Shown here one piece after another: positions 45,894 through 56,152 of a stretch of 64,000 bases of DNA (positions are counted from its first letter, which is position 1; each line of letters starts with the position of its first letter). Both the position numbers and the translations under genes were made by a program. The notes beneath the pieces are model-generated. The model searched no databases, was not told the origin of the DNA, and worked only from the letters and a program-made list of their open reading frames with translations. This stretch comes from Myxococcota bacterium (GTDB lineage: Bacteria > Myxococcota_A > UBA9160 > UBA6930): positions 3,008,001 to 3,072,000 of the forward strand of contig OZ245015.1 of the NCBI GenBank assembly GCA_965223705.1, read 5' to 3'.

Positions 45894-46700
45894 CTAGCGC
45901 CCGTGATACACAGGGCTTCGCTTCTCCATGAAGGCTCGAGGGCCTTCCTTGGCGTCCTCGGTTTTAAACACGGGTGTCGACAGCTTCGTCTCGAGCTTCA
46001 TGCCCTCTTCTTCGGTGAGCCCACTGCAGAGCCGCGCGGAGCGACGGATCGCCTTGACGGCGATGGGCCCGTTCGCCGCGATCTTCTCGGCGATCTCCAT
46101 CGCCTTGTCGACGAGCTTTCCGCGAGGCACCACGTAGTTCAGGAAGCCGAGCTCGAGCGCCTGATCGGCCGTGACCAGGTCCCCCGTCAACAAGAGCTCC
46201 ATGGCTTTCGCGTAGGGGAGCTGCCGGGGCAGCCGCACCGTCGAGCCGCCTGCCGGGAAGATCGCCCACTTCACTTCTTGCACGCCGAAGCGCGCTTCCG
46301 GAACCGACACGCGAATGTCGGTCCCCTGGACGAGCTCCATCCCCCCAGCGATCGCGTGGCCGTTGATCGCGGCGATCACCGGCTTCTCGGCATCGAAGTC
46401 GCGCAGCAGAGCGATCCCTGTAATTGCCGGGTTCTTCACCACCTCTTCGTCCCACTCGTCTTCCGGTTCGCGAGCCCCGGAAAAGAGCGGAATCAGCTTT
46501 CCGAGATCTGCGCCGGCGGAAAACGCCTTCTCCCCTTTGCCCGTCAGGATGGCGACGCGGATATTGTCGTCATCGCGCACCTCGTGCCAAGCCCGGTAGA
46601 GCCGCACGGCGACCTCGGGTGAGATCGCGTTGCGGGCGTCCGGGCGATTGAGACGCACGATGGCGACGTTTCCCACGCGTTCGAAATCGACGACCGGCAT
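45894..46700 (-). CDS. Enoyl-CoA hydratase/isomerase
   Basis: LNRPDARNA, FSAGADL, AGGME, QE; ATG 46700 with GGAGG RBS. Confidence 0.93.
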   Translation of the reverse strand: MPVVDFERVGNVAIVRLNRPDARNAISPEVAVRLYRAWHEVRDDDNIRVAILTGKGEKAFSAGADLGKLIPLFSGAREPEDEWDEEVVKNPAITGIALLRDFDAEKPVIAAINGHAIAGGMELVQGTDIRVSVPEARFGVQEVKWAIFPAGGSTVRLPRQLPYAKAMELLLTGDLVTADQALELGFLNYVVPRGKLVDKAMEIAEKIAANGPIAVKAIRRSARLCSGLTEEEGMKLETKLSTPVFKTEDAKEGPRAFMEKRSPVYHGR

Positions 46701-46799
46701 AACTTCCTCCTCGGCCACAGGGAACCACAGCCGGACCGCGTCGGAAAGACGGTCTGGTAGCATGCGGTCGGCCGGAAGGCCGTTGTACGGAGAAACGCC

Positions 46800-48218
46800 A
46801 TGGCACTGATGACCCCGCAGCAATACCGCGAAAGCCTGTCCGACGGGCGCGAAATCTATTGGGACGGGGAGCGTATCGAGGACGTCAACGACCACCCGGC
46901 CTTCGCGCTGCCGCTGGAGGTGGCCGCCCTCGATTACGACTACGACGACCCGGCAAAGCGGGAGCACTTCGTCTACAAGACGGAGCTCGGCGAGTTGGCG
47001 CACCGCGTGTATCAGGTGCCGAAAAGCGAAGAGGATCTCCTCGCGCGGCTTTCGATGGCCGAGCATCTCTCGCTCGTGGGCGGCGTTACCGGGGTCTACA
47101 TGGCCCTGCTCTCGGTTGTTGACGACGTCAAAGAAGTCTCGCCCCGATACGCCGAGAACATCGTTTCGGTCTACGAGAACGCTCGGAGCCGCGACTTGCG
47201 GGCGGCGGAAGTCATCACCGACGCCAAGGGCGATCGCAGCCGGCGCGCCCACGAGCAAGACGATCCGGACCTCTACGTGCGGATTGTCGACCGCAGCGAC
47301 GAAGGCATCGTGGTCCGAGGTGCGAAACTCCACATCACGGGCGCGTCGCTCGTCCACGAGCAAGTCGTCATGCCGACCAAGGCTATGCGCCCCGAGGAAA
47401 GCGACTACGCGGTCTCCTTTTCGATCCCGACCAACGCACCCGGCGTCAAGATCATCAATCGGAGTTTCGCCGAGGAGAAGCCCGTCGACGCCTTCGACTA
47501 CCCGTTCAGTGCGCGCGCGAGCATGCCCGAAGGTTTCGTCGTGTTCGACGACGTGTTCGTTCCCTGGGATCGGGTCTTCCTCGCCGGCGAAACGCACCTG
47601 GCCGGTCACTTCGCCCGCGCGCTCGGCTTGTGGGAGCGAACCCTCGGGCTCGCCGAGGCTGTCGAACACGCGCAGATCATCGTCGGGTTGGCGGCGCTCG
47701 TCACCGAGCAGCAGGGGAAGGAGCGCAAACCCGACGTGCAGAACACCCTTGCAGAGCTCATCGCATACGCCGAGCTTCTGCGCATGTCCCTCGACTACGC
47801 CGTGAGGAACTACGAACGCACGCCTTCGGGTATGGTCACGCCGAACGTCCTCGCGGTGAATGTGGCGAAGTATCACTACGCGGCACACTTCCACGACATG
47901 GTGCGCAACCTGCAGGACGTCTCCGGCGGACTGGTCTTGACGTTGCCGAAGAAAGCGGACCTCGATCATCCCGTCGCAGGGCCTTTGCTCAGGAAGTACC
48001 TCCACACTCGAGAAGGGACCGCGATCGAAGATCGGATGCGCGTCTTCAACGGCATCCGTGACCTGACGGCCGACGCCTACGGCGGCTGGCAACAAGTCGT
48101 GGCCCTCCAGGCGGGCGGCGGATTGCTCGCCCAACGCGTCATGATGAACCGCACCTTCGATGTCCAAGCGGCCAAGAAGAAAGCCCTGCGCGCCGTCGGC
48201 GCCGCAGTCGAGGAGTAG
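46800..48218 (+). CDS. AbfD/HpaB-family flavoprotein, cysteine-free
   Basis: ITDAKGDRS, DPDLYVRIV, GIVVRGAKLHITG, VFDDVFVPWDRVF. Confidence 0.88.
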   Translation: MALMTPQQYRESLSDGREIYWDGERIEDVNDHPAFALPLEVAALDYDYDDPAKREHFVYKTELGELAHRVYQVPKSEEDLLARLSMAEHLSLVGGVTGVYMALLSVVDDVKEVSPRYAENIVSVYENARSRDLRAAEVITDAKGDRSRRAHEQDDPDLYVRIVDRSDEGIVVRGAKLHITGASLVHEQVVMPTKAMRPEESDYAVSFSIPTNAPGVKIINRSFAEEKPVDAFDYPFSARASMPEGFVVFDDVFVPWDRVFLAGETHLAGHFARALGLWERTLGLAEAVEHAQIIVGLAALVTEQQGKERKPDVQNTLAELIAYAELLRMSLDYAVRNYERTPSGMVTPNVLAVNVAKYHYAAHFHDMVRNLQDVSGGLVLTLPKKADLDHPVAGPLLRKYLHTREGTAIEDRMRVFNGIRDLTADAYGGWQQVVALQAGGGLLAQRVMMNRTFDVQAAKKKALRAVGAAVEE

Positions 48219-48224
48219 CACTCG

Positions 48225-49058
48225 ATGAATCCGACCTGTTTCGAAGTTGAGATCGAGGACGACGTGGCCCGCATTGAGGCCTGCCGTCCCGATCGCTTGA
48301 ACAGCATGACGCCGGAGTTCTGGAACGAACTTCCCGCGATCATCGAAGAGATCGACAGTCAGGGCTCCGCCCGGGCCGTCGTGATCTCATCAACCGGTAA
48401 GCACTTCACCGCCGGCATGGACCTCTCGGTGTTCTCGTCCAACGATTCGCTCCGCGAATCGAGGGGCGTCACCCGAGGTGCCACGGTGTACGACCTCGTC
48501 GGAGTCGCGCAACGCACCGTCAGCTCTCTCGCGAATTGCCGGATGCCCGTCCTCGCCGCGATCCAAGGCGGTTGCGTCGGTGGCGGTGTCGATCTCGTGA
48601 CGGCGGCCGACATGCGCTACGCGACCGAAGACGCGTTCTTCTGCATTCAGGAAATCAACATCGGCATGACCGCCGATGTCGGGACCTTCCCGAGGTTGTC
48701 GCAACTCATTCCCGACGGTGTTGCCCGCGAGCTCGCGTTCACCGGTCGCCGGATGCCGGCGCAGGAAGCGAAAGAAGTCGGTCTCGTGAATGGAATCTTC
48801 GCGAACCGCGACGACATGATCTCGGGCGTGATGGACGTCGCGCGGGAGATCGCGTCGAAAGCCCCCCTCGCAGTTTACGGTACGAAGCGCATCATGAACT
48901 ACGCGCGCGACCACTCGACGGCGGACACCCTCGACTACATCGGCCTCTGGAACGCCAGTATGCTGCAACCCAGTGAAATGGGCGAGGCTTTCAAAGCCAA
49001 CGCGGAGAAACGCCGCGGCGAGTTCGCCGATCTCCCGCCGCGACCGAAGAAGTTCTGA
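48225..49058 (+). CDS. Crotonase-family protein (dienoyl-CoA isomerase-like)
   Basis: HFTAGMDL, GGGVDL, QEINIGMTADVGT. Confidence 0.9.
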   Translation: MNPTCFEVEIEDDVARIEACRPDRLNSMTPEFWNELPAIIEEIDSQGSARAVVISSTGKHFTAGMDLSVFSSNDSLRESRGVTRGATVYDLVGVAQRTVSSLANCRMPVLAAIQGGCVGGGVDLVTAADMRYATEDAFFCIQEINIGMTADVGTFPRLSQLIPDGVARELAFTGRRMPAQEAKEVGLVNGIFANRDDMISGVMDVAREIASKAPLAVYGTKRIMNYARDHSTADTLDYIGLWNASMLQPSEMGEAFKANAEKRRGEFADLPPRPKKF

Positions 49059-49076
49059 GAAATCTAGGAGACGTAA

Positions 49077-49472
49077 ATGTTGATGAAACCCGTGAAAGAG
49101 AACATCGATCTCGGCATCGTCACGAACGATCCCGAACGAGCACTGGCCTTCTACCGCGATCTGCTCGGACTCGAAAAGACCGAGGAAGTGACGATGGGGC
49201 TCGGGACGCTGCATCGACTCAAGTACGGCAACAGCGACGTGAAGCTGTTGGTCCCGAAGCAGCCGGTCGGGGATAGTCCGGTCGGGCTACAGGCTCAACA
49301 GGGCTTCCGCTACTTCACGATGGTGATCTCCAACCTGCACGAAGTGGCCGAGAAACTGACCGCCGCCGGTGTTCCATTCGAGATCCCGGAGACCGAGATT
49401 CGTCCGGGAACGCGTATCGCCATGGTGCGAGACCCGGACGGAAACGTCCTCGAGTTCGTCGAACGCGGCTAA
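49077..49472 (+). CDS. VOC/glyoxalase-family protein
   Basis: AFYRDLLG, DPDGNVLE. Confidence 0.9.
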   Translation: MLMKPVKENIDLGIVTNDPERALAFYRDLLGLEKTEEVTMGLGTLHRLKYGNSDVKLLVPKQPVGDSPVGLQAQQGFRYFTMVISNLHEVAEKLTAAGVPFEIPETEIRPGTRIAMVRDPDGNVLEFVERG

Positions 49473-49525
49473 GGGCGTAGACCGGGGTCGGGCCGTGGGA
49501 CGCCCAGCTTCGGCGCTTCACCTCT

Positions 49526-50719
49526 CTAGAACGCGAAAGAGACCTTTGCGGCCTGAGAGCTCGCCTTGTCGGCAGCGAGAGCTAACGCTGCGTCGTGCTC
49601 GCGGAGCGAGAAGAGCTTCGGTTGCATGGGCCGAAGGTCGAGGGCGCGGTTCCCGAGGAGTTCGACCGCGACGTCGAAGCTCGCGCGCGGGCGATTGCCG
49701 AACGACTCGGTTCCGTACAGAAACGACCCGGTTACGGACAGCTCGCGCATCCAGATCGGCGTCCAGTCGACACCCTCGGCAACGCCGGCCAGTCCCAACA
49801 TGACGACGCGACCGCCGGCGCGCGTCGCGCGAAGCGCCTGATTCAACGTTGCGGTGTTCGTCACCGTGTCGTACGTCACGTGGGCGCCACCGCGCAAGAG
49901 ACGCCCACCCCCAAAGAGTGGGTAGGTCCCCGAGTCGAGAGCGCGTGCAATCGCTTCCATGGGATCATCGCCGCCCGCGGATACGACCGTGTCCGCGCCG
50001 AGCGCGCCCGCGAGCTCGGCCTGAAAATCGTACTTCGCGACGCAGGTGATGCGACACTTCGGCGCGGTCGCTCGGAGCGCGGCGACCGTCAACAGGCCGA
50101 TGTTTCCGGCGCCGAGGACGAGCACATGCTCCCCGGCTGCGGGAGGGACGCGCAGTACGGCATGAAGACAGATGCTCAAGGGCTCGACGAGCGAGGCTTC
50201 TTCATCCTCGACCGTGTCCGGTACGGGGTGCAATCGCCAGCTCGGTGCCGCGTACGCTTCGCTCCAGCCGCCGCCGGCGCCACCCGTCGTGCCGATGAGG
50301 AAGCCCGGTCCCGCGTGGCCCTCGGCATAGCGCTCGCAACGACTGGGATGACCGGCCGCGCAGAAGGCGCACGTCGGGTCGAACCCGCGCTCCCGGCAGG
50401 CCAACGTCGGATCGATAGCCACCCGGTCGCCCTCGGCGAACCGGGAGACTCCCGATCCCACGGCGGCCACGACGCCGAAGAGCTCGTGGCCGGGAACGAA
50501 TGGGAACGCGAAGAAGGGTTCTGCCGCAGGGAGCTCCTTTCCCTGTAGAAAACCCAAGTCGCTCCCACAAATACCGCTCACGCGGCTCTTGATCAGCACC
50601 CAATCCGGCCCTGGGAGGGTCGGCTCGGGGATCTCGCGAAACATCAGATGGGAAAGTCCCGGCAAGCGAGGATCTCGAACTTCGCGACCTGGCTTTTCCT
50701 CGAAGACCAAGGCTTTCAT
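49526..50719 (-). CDS. Zn-dependent medium-chain dehydrogenase
   Basis: GICGSD, GHE, four-Cys structural site, GAGNIG. Confidence 0.92.
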   Translation of the reverse strand: MKALVFEEKPGREVRDPRLPGLSHLMFREIPEPTLPGPDWVLIKSRVSGICGSDLGFLQGKELPAAEPFFAFPFVPGHELFGVVAAVGSGVSRFAEGDRVAIDPTLACRERGFDPTCAFCAAGHPSRCERYAEGHAGPGFLIGTTGGAGGGWSEAYAAPSWRLHPVPDTVEDEEASLVEPLSICLHAVLRVPPAAGEHVLVLGAGNIGLLTVAALRATAPKCRITCVAKYDFQAELAGALGADTVVSAGGDDPMEAIARALDSGTYPLFGGGRLLRGGAHVTYDTVTNTATLNQALRATRAGGRVVMLGLAGVAEGVDWTPIWMRELSVTGSFLYGTESFGNRPRASFDVAVELLGNRALDLRPMQPKLFSLREHDAALALAADKASSQAAKVSFAF

Positions 50720-50808
50720 CGCTCCCCTTCCCGACCTCGGCCGCCCGTGACGCGGGCCCGTTCGCCCGCCATCTTATACGGGTCGTCCGACTCTGGGGAG
50801 GTCCCTTC

Positions 50809-51378
50809 ATGGCGGCTCGGAATTCGCGACACCGACTGGTGGCGGCGGTCGCCGGCGCCCTCGCCCTCTTGGCTTCGGCGGGAGCGGCGCGTCAGGACAA
50901 CTCCGACCTCCCGAAGCTCTTTGACGAACTGCGCGGAAGTACGAGTCCCGAACTCGCCTTCATGGTCGAGCGACGCATCTGGGACATTTGGAACGCCGCG
51001 GATCGGCGGGACGTCGATCGCCTGATGGCGCTCGGCCGGGCGGCGATGTCGATGGGCGACTACGAAACGGCTCTCCGCCGCTTCGACGAAGTCGTCGAAC
51101 TCGATCCCCAGTTCTCCGAGGGCCTCAACAAGCGAGCTACGGTGCGTTTTCTGCGGCGCGAGTGGGAAGAGTCCCTCGCGGATATCGACCGGGTGTTGGC
51201 CCTCGAAGCGCGGCACTTCGGAGCGATCGAGGGGAGCGCGCTCATCTTCGAAGAACGCGGTGAACTCGAGAAGGCGCTCGAAGCCTACGAGCGCGTCCTC
51301 GCGATCCACCCCTATGCGCGGGGAGTCCGCGACCGCATCGAAGCATTGCGAGAGAGGCTCGGCCAGCGGCCGCTCTAG
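50809..51378 (+). CDS. Exported TPR protein
   Basis: Signal peptide and TPRs (DPQFSEGLNKRA, LEARHFGA). Confidence 0.85.
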   Translation: MAARNSRHRLVAAVAGALALLASAGAARQDNSDLPKLFDELRGSTSPELAFMVERRIWDIWNAADRRDVDRLMALGRAAMSMGDYETALRRFDEVVELDPQFSEGLNKRATVRFLRREWEESLADIDRVLALEARHFGAIEGSALIFEERGELEKALEAYERVLAIHPYARGVRDRIEALRERLGQRPL

Positions 51379-51379
51379 G

Positions 51380-53152
51380 CTACGGACGATCCTCGAGGAG
51401 CGCCTCGGGCAGATCCACCACGCGGGAGCGAAGGAACTCGCCCAGGCTCTTCGCTTGCGGGTCGCTCCGCATGGAAGACGCCACACCTTCCCCGAGGATC
51501 CCGACAACCACGAAGTTCAGGGCCCGGACGTTCGGTAGCTCGTAGCGGCGCACAGCGAGCGGCGCGGCTTCCGGGCAGAGTTCCTTGAGTCGCTCGACGG
51601 TGAGGAACCTCGACAACCACGCGTAGCCGGCGTCGCTTCGAGCCCAAACGCCGATATTCGCATTGCCACCCTTGTCTCCGGAACGCGCTCCGATGACCGT
51701 GCCGAGCGGCATCCGCACGGTCGCTCCCGTGGGCGGGGCCGTCTTCGGCGCCTGCGGCTCGGGAATCGGTTCGAATGAATCGGGCTTCGGAGGGTGCGGA
51801 ATTTCCGTGGCCGAACCGCCGGCGTCGACTACGCGGTGCACCACCTCCGTCGCGGGAACCAAGCACGGCCAGTACACCCCGTACTCTTTCTCGCTCGACG
51901 GCGGCGTCGTCGTGTAGATGCCCGGGTAGCTTGCGAGAAGCATCGGAATGACGGCGCCGGAAAACGCTCGACCGACCTTGTGTCGGTCCGGATCCATCAC
52001 GGTCACCGTCAGATACGCGCTGGCTTCTTCGTTGGTCGAAGCATCCGGCCGGTCGCTGCGTACCAGATTGGAGTGGAAGGCCGCGAAACGCTCGCGCCCG
52101 CCCAAGTGACCGACCAACGCATCGAGGGCGATGCGCGCCTTCTCTTCGATATCGAGCCCGGTCAACACAAACGTCATTGTGTTGCGGAAGCCGCCGACGT
52201 AGTTGATGCAGACCTTGAGATCGTCGGGCCGCGGCTCACCCCGGACGCCCGAAACCCGCACCCGATCGCTCCCCAGATCTTCCAGTGAGACGGTGTCGAA
52301 ACGCGCGACGACATCCGGGTTCTTGTAGGCCGGCTCGGCGATCTCGTAGAGAAGCTGCGCGGTGACCGTTCCGGTACTCACCAGACCGTCGCTGTTCGGA
52401 TGTTTCGTCACGACGAAGCTGCCGTCCCGCGCCATCTCGACGAGGGGGAAGCCGGGTTTCGCCAAGCTCGGCACTTCCTGAAAGAACGCGTAGTTGCCAC
52501 CGGTCACCTGGGGGCCGCATTCGATGAGATGCCCCGCGACGACGGCGGATGCGACCTCGTCCCAGTCGTCCTGCGCCCACCCGAAGTGCCAGGCGGCGGG
52601 GCCCACCACGACCGAAGCGTCTGTGACGCGGGGACAAATGACGACGTCGGCGCCTTCCCCCAACGCGTGCGCGATGCCCCAAGCGCCGAGGTAGGCGTTC
52701 GCAGAAACCGGCTCTGCGTCGAGGGTCGACAGCGGGACGCCGCGATCCAGATGCGCCAGGTCGTGTCCCTTGCGCTGCAGCTCGCCAAGCCTCGGCAGCA
52801 AGTCGTCGCCTTCGACGTGGGCGACCTTGGCGGCGACACCGAGCCCTTCGGCAAGCTTGCGCACCTCGGTCGCGAGACCGGCGGGATTCAAGCCGCCGGC
52901 ATTCACGACGATCTTGATACCGCGCTCGCAGGCCTCGCCCAGGATCTCTTCCGCCTGCTTGAGGAACGTCACCGCGTAGCCGGTGTCCGGGGACCGCCGC
53001 GTCGCTTTCTGCAAGATCAACATCGTGAGCTCAGCCAAGTAGTCGCCCGTCAGCACGTCCACTTCGCCGCCGAGGAGCATTTCTCTCGCGGCGCCGAGCC
53101 GGTCGCCGTAGAAGCCGGAGATGTTCGCAATACGAAGAAGTTGGTCGGCCAT
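51380..53152 (-). CDS. atuA: AtuA-family acyclic terpene utilisation protein
   Basis: SGFYGDR, DYLAELTM, GHLIECG, ARSGDKG, DPQAKSLGE. Confidence 0.9.
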   Translation of the reverse strand: MADQLLRIANISGFYGDRLGAAREMLLGGEVDVLTGDYLAELTMLILQKATRRSPDTGYAVTFLKQAEEILGEACERGIKIVVNAGGLNPAGLATEVRKLAEGLGVAAKVAHVEGDDLLPRLGELQRKGHDLAHLDRGVPLSTLDAEPVSANAYLGAWGIAHALGEGADVVICPRVTDASVVVGPAAWHFGWAQDDWDEVASAVVAGHLIECGPQVTGGNYAFFQEVPSLAKPGFPLVEMARDGSFVVTKHPNSDGLVSTGTVTAQLLYEIAEPAYKNPDVVARFDTVSLEDLGSDRVRVSGVRGEPRPDDLKVCINYVGGFRNTMTFVLTGLDIEEKARIALDALVGHLGGRERFAAFHSNLVRSDRPDASTNEEASAYLTVTVMDPDRHKVGRAFSGAVIPMLLASYPGIYTTTPPSSEKEYGVYWPCLVPATEVVHRVVDAGGSATEIPHPPKPDSFEPIPEPQAPKTAPPTGATVRMPLGTVIGARSGDKGGNANIGVWARSDAGYAWLSRFLTVERLKELCPEAAPLAVRRYELPNVRALNFVVVGILGEGVASSMRSDPQAKSLGEFLRSRVVDLPEALLEDRP

Positions 53153-53160
53153 CGTTTCTC

Positions 53161-54036
53161 CTAGCGGCGGTCGCGAAGCGAGGGATGCTTGAAATAGTCG
53201 GGTTGTCCGGCGAGATACATCTCGCCCCAAATCTGGTAGCCGCCGTCTACGGTCACCGTCTCACCGGTGATGAACTTTCCCGACGGAGCGATGAGGTAGA
53301 CGCAGGCTTCAGCGATGTCCTGAACGTCTCCATGACGCATCATGAGATTGCTTCGTTTGAGGCCTTCGAACGCTTCCTCCGGATAGACGTTCATCCCTTC
53401 CGTCAAGATCGGGCCCGGCACGACGCAGTTGACGCGCACGCCGAGGGGCGCCCACTCGAGGGCCACATTGCGCGACGCGTAGACCACGCCGGCGCGCGCA
53501 GCCACGGTGTGCGTCACGCCGGGCATGCCGCGTTGAAACGGAGCCACGATGTTGACGACGGCGCCGGGTGCGCCCGCGTCCCGCCAGTAGCGCGCCGCCT
53601 GTTGCATCATGTACCAGGTGCCGTTCAGGTTCGTGTCGACGACGGCGTTCCAGCCCTTCACGGAGAAATCGATCGCGTCCTGAGGAAACTGGCCGCCCGC
53701 GTTGTTCACGACCCCGTCGATTCGCCCGAAGGTTTCACCGACCTCGCCAAACATCGCCTCGACTTGCTCGGGATCGCGGATGTTCATCTCGACGATCTGA
53801 GCGCGGCGTTTCGCGCGTTCGACCATCACTTGGGTGCGTTCCAGTTTCTCGCGGGTGCGGCCACACAGCGCGACGTCGGCGCCCAGACGTGCGCAGAGGC
53901 TGGCCGTCGCCTTCCCGATCCCCGTGCCCGCCCCGGTGACGATGATGACACGTCCATCGAGGAGACCGTCTCGGTACACGGTCGGAAGGGCGAACATCTC
54001 CTCGTCCGTCATGGTGAAGCGCGGTGCGTCGCTCAC
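53161..54036 (-). CDS. SDR (AtuB / 2,4-dienoyl-CoA reductase-like)
   Basis: TGAGTGIG, NNAGGQF, HTVAARAG; GTG coupled to the upstream stop. Confidence 0.88.
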   Translation of the reverse strand: MSDAPRFTMTDEEMFALPTVYRDGLLDGRVIIVTGAGTGIGKATASLCARLGADVALCGRTREKLERTQVMVERAKRRAQIVEMNIRDPEQVEAMFGEVGETFGRIDGVVNNAGGQFPQDAIDFSVKGWNAVVDTNLNGTWYMMQQAARYWRDAGAPGAVVNIVAPFQRGMPGVTHTVAARAGVVYASRNVALEWAPLGVRVNCVVPGPILTEGMNVYPEEAFEGLKRSNLMMRHGDVQDIAEACVYLIAPSGKFITGETVTVDGGYQIWGEMYLAGQPDYFKHPSLRDRR

Positions 54037-55643
54037 AAGCGGAGTACTCCGTAGCGCGGCTCCCCGATCGGGGCGTTGAGCGACGCGGCAATCGCGACAC
54101 CCAGGGCGTTTCGCGTATCGGCCGGGTCGATGAGGCCGTCGTCCCACAACTGCGAAGTGGCGTAGTAGGCCGACAGTTCGCGCCCATAGGACTCGAGGAT
54201 GGGTTCCTTGATCGCCGCGATCTCCGATTCCGAAAGCTTCTCGCCGGCTCGTTCGAGCTGGCGAATCTTCACGTCGGCCAGGGTATTGGCCGCCTGTTCC
54301 GCGCCCATGATGCCGATCTGATGGTTCGGCCAGCTGAAGATGAAGCGACCGTCGTAAGCGCGGCCGCACATGCCGTAGTTTCCCGCGCCGAACGAGCCGT
54401 TCACCATCACCGTAAATTTCGGCACCTCGCTGCACGACTGCACCATGATCATCTTCGCTCCATCTTTGCAGATGCCGCGCGCTTCGTACTCCTGCCCGAC
54501 CATGAAGCCGGTGATGTTCTGCAAGAAGAGAAGCGGGGTTCGGTTCTGATTACACAATTCCATGAAGTGCGCGGCTTTGAGTGAGCTGTCGTTGAACAGC
54601 ACTCCGTTGTTGGCCAAGATGCCGACCTTGTAACCCCAGATGTGCGCAAAGCCCGTGACCAGCGTCGTTCCGTAGTCGGGTTGGTACTCGTGGAAGTAGC
54701 TGCCGTCGACGATGCGGGCGATGACTTCGCGCATGTCGAACTGAACCTTGATGTCGTCGGGGATCACCCCGTAGAGCTCTTCCGGGTCGTAGTAGGGAGG
54801 TTCGGGCTCTCGCCACTCGATCCCGGTTTTCTCGGGGCGCGTCCACTGCGAAACGATTTCTCGCCCGAGAAGGATCGCTTCCTCTTCGGAATTCGCGGCG
54901 TAGTCCGCCGTGCCGCTCACTTGCGTGTGGACGTCGGCCCCGCCGAGGGTGTCGGCGTCGACGATTTCCCCCGTCGCCGCCTTCACGAGAGGCGGACCGC
55001 CGAGGAAGATGCCGCCGTTGCCGCGCAAGATGACGGCGTAGTCCGAAAGCGAAGGGATATACGCACCGCCGGCGGTACAGTGACCGAATACTAGAGAGAG
55101 TTGCTTACAGCCCATCTTCGACAGGATCGCCTGGTGGCGAAAGATTCGCCCCGCCAGATACTTGTCGGGGAAGAGCTCGGCCTGTAGGGGCAAGAACCCG
55201 CCGGCGCTGTCGCACAAGTGAATCACCGGCAAGCGGTTCTCGATCGCGATCTCCAAGCACCGGACGATCTTCTTGATCGTCAGCGGGTACCACGCACCGC
55301 CTTTGATGCTCGGATCGTCTGCGCGGATGATCACTTCCCGGCCGCTGACGATTCCGATCCCGGTGACCGCGCTCGCTCCTTTCGATTCGCCCTCGTACTC
55401 GGAGTTCGCCGCCAAACTCGATAACTCGAGGAACGGCGTGCCCGGATCGAGCAGCTTTTCGATGCGGTCGCGAATGAAGAGCTTTCCCAAGCGCTCGAGG
55501 CGCTTCATATCACGCTCGGGGCGGTCGTACCGCGCCTCGTCCTGCCGCCGGCGGAACTCTGCGACGAGCTCTCGGTTGTGCGCGCGGTAACGGCGAAAGG
55601 AAGCGCTCCGGGTGTCCACCTGACTGCGGATACGTCGCATCAT
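54033..55643 (-). CDS. Acyl-CoA carboxylase carboxyltransferase (MCC/geranyl-CoA type)
   Basis: CTAGGAY, GGPPLVKAATGE, QNITGFMVG, GAGNYGMCGRAY. Confidence 0.93.
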   Translation of the reverse strand: MMRRIRSQVDTRSASFRRYRAHNRELVAEFRRRQDEARYDRPERDMKRLERLGKLFIRDRIEKLLDPGTPFLELSSLAANSEYEGESKGASAVTGIGIVSGREVIIRADDPSIKGGAWYPLTIKKIVRCLEIAIENRLPVIHLCDSAGGFLPLQAELFPDKYLAGRIFRHQAILSKMGCKQLSLVFGHCTAGGAYIPSLSDYAVILRGNGGIFLGGPPLVKAATGEIVDADTLGGADVHTQVSGTADYAANSEEEAILLGREIVSQWTRPEKTGIEWREPEPPYYDPEELYGVIPDDIKVQFDMREVIARIVDGSYFHEYQPDYGTTLVTGFAHIWGYKVGILANNGVLFNDSSLKAAHFMELCNQNRTPLLFLQNITGFMVGQEYEARGICKDGAKMIMVQSCSEVPKFTVMVNGSFGAGNYGMCGRAYDGRFIFSWPNHQIGIMGAEQAANTLADVKIRQLERAGEKLSESEIAAIKEPILESYGRELSAYYATSQLWDDGLIDPADTRNALGVAIAASLNAPIGEPRYGVLRL

Positions 55644-56152
55644 GACGAGCCCTCCAGAAGCGGCTCGAGCGTCGCGAGTACAGCGCCTTTGTCGAAACTC
55701 GCACCGGCCTCGAACAAAACCGCCCCGACGACGCCGTCGCGGGGCGCCGTCATCGCTGTTTCGAGCTTCATGCTCTCGATGGTCAGCACGGTGTCGCCGC
55801 GCGCGACGCGAGTCGATGCGCTGGCTACGACCGCGACGACGACTCCCGGCATCGGTGCCGTAATTTGATCGGCGCCGCGGACCCCCGCCGCCTCTTCCGA
55901 AGCGCGTTCGAGACTGTTCACCGCATCGATACGAAAACTCCCGTGCCCGTCGTGGATGAAGGTCGCGTCGCCATCCGTCACCAGGCGGAGCGGCGTGACT
56001 TCACCATCGACTTCGAGGAGAAACTCTCCGTCGCCGAGCTCCTCGAGCACCGCGTCAACGCGCTCTCCATCGATTTCGAGCCCGATTCCCTCGGTGCGAT
56101 ACACGGGAACCACCCGACTCGTTCTTCCCTGCAAAACGAATTCGCCGGCCAT
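55640..56152 (-). CDS. Biotin carboxyl carrier (BT plus biotinyl domain)
   Basis: APMPG, IESMKLE. Confidence 0.9.
   Translation of the reverse strand: MAGEFVLQGRTSRVVPVYRTEGIGLEIDGERVDAVLEELGDGEFLLEVDGEVTPLRLVTDGDATFIHDGHGSFRIDAVNSLERASEEAAGVRGADQITAPMPGVVVAVVASASTRVARGDTVLTIESMKLETAMTAPRDGVVGAVLFEAGASFDKGAVLATLEPLLEGSS

Noticed and set aside
46701..48221. Apparent 500-aa N-terminal extension of the crotonase
   Set aside because: Shadow of the plus-strand AbfD-like gene; the real start is 46700, which has an RBS.
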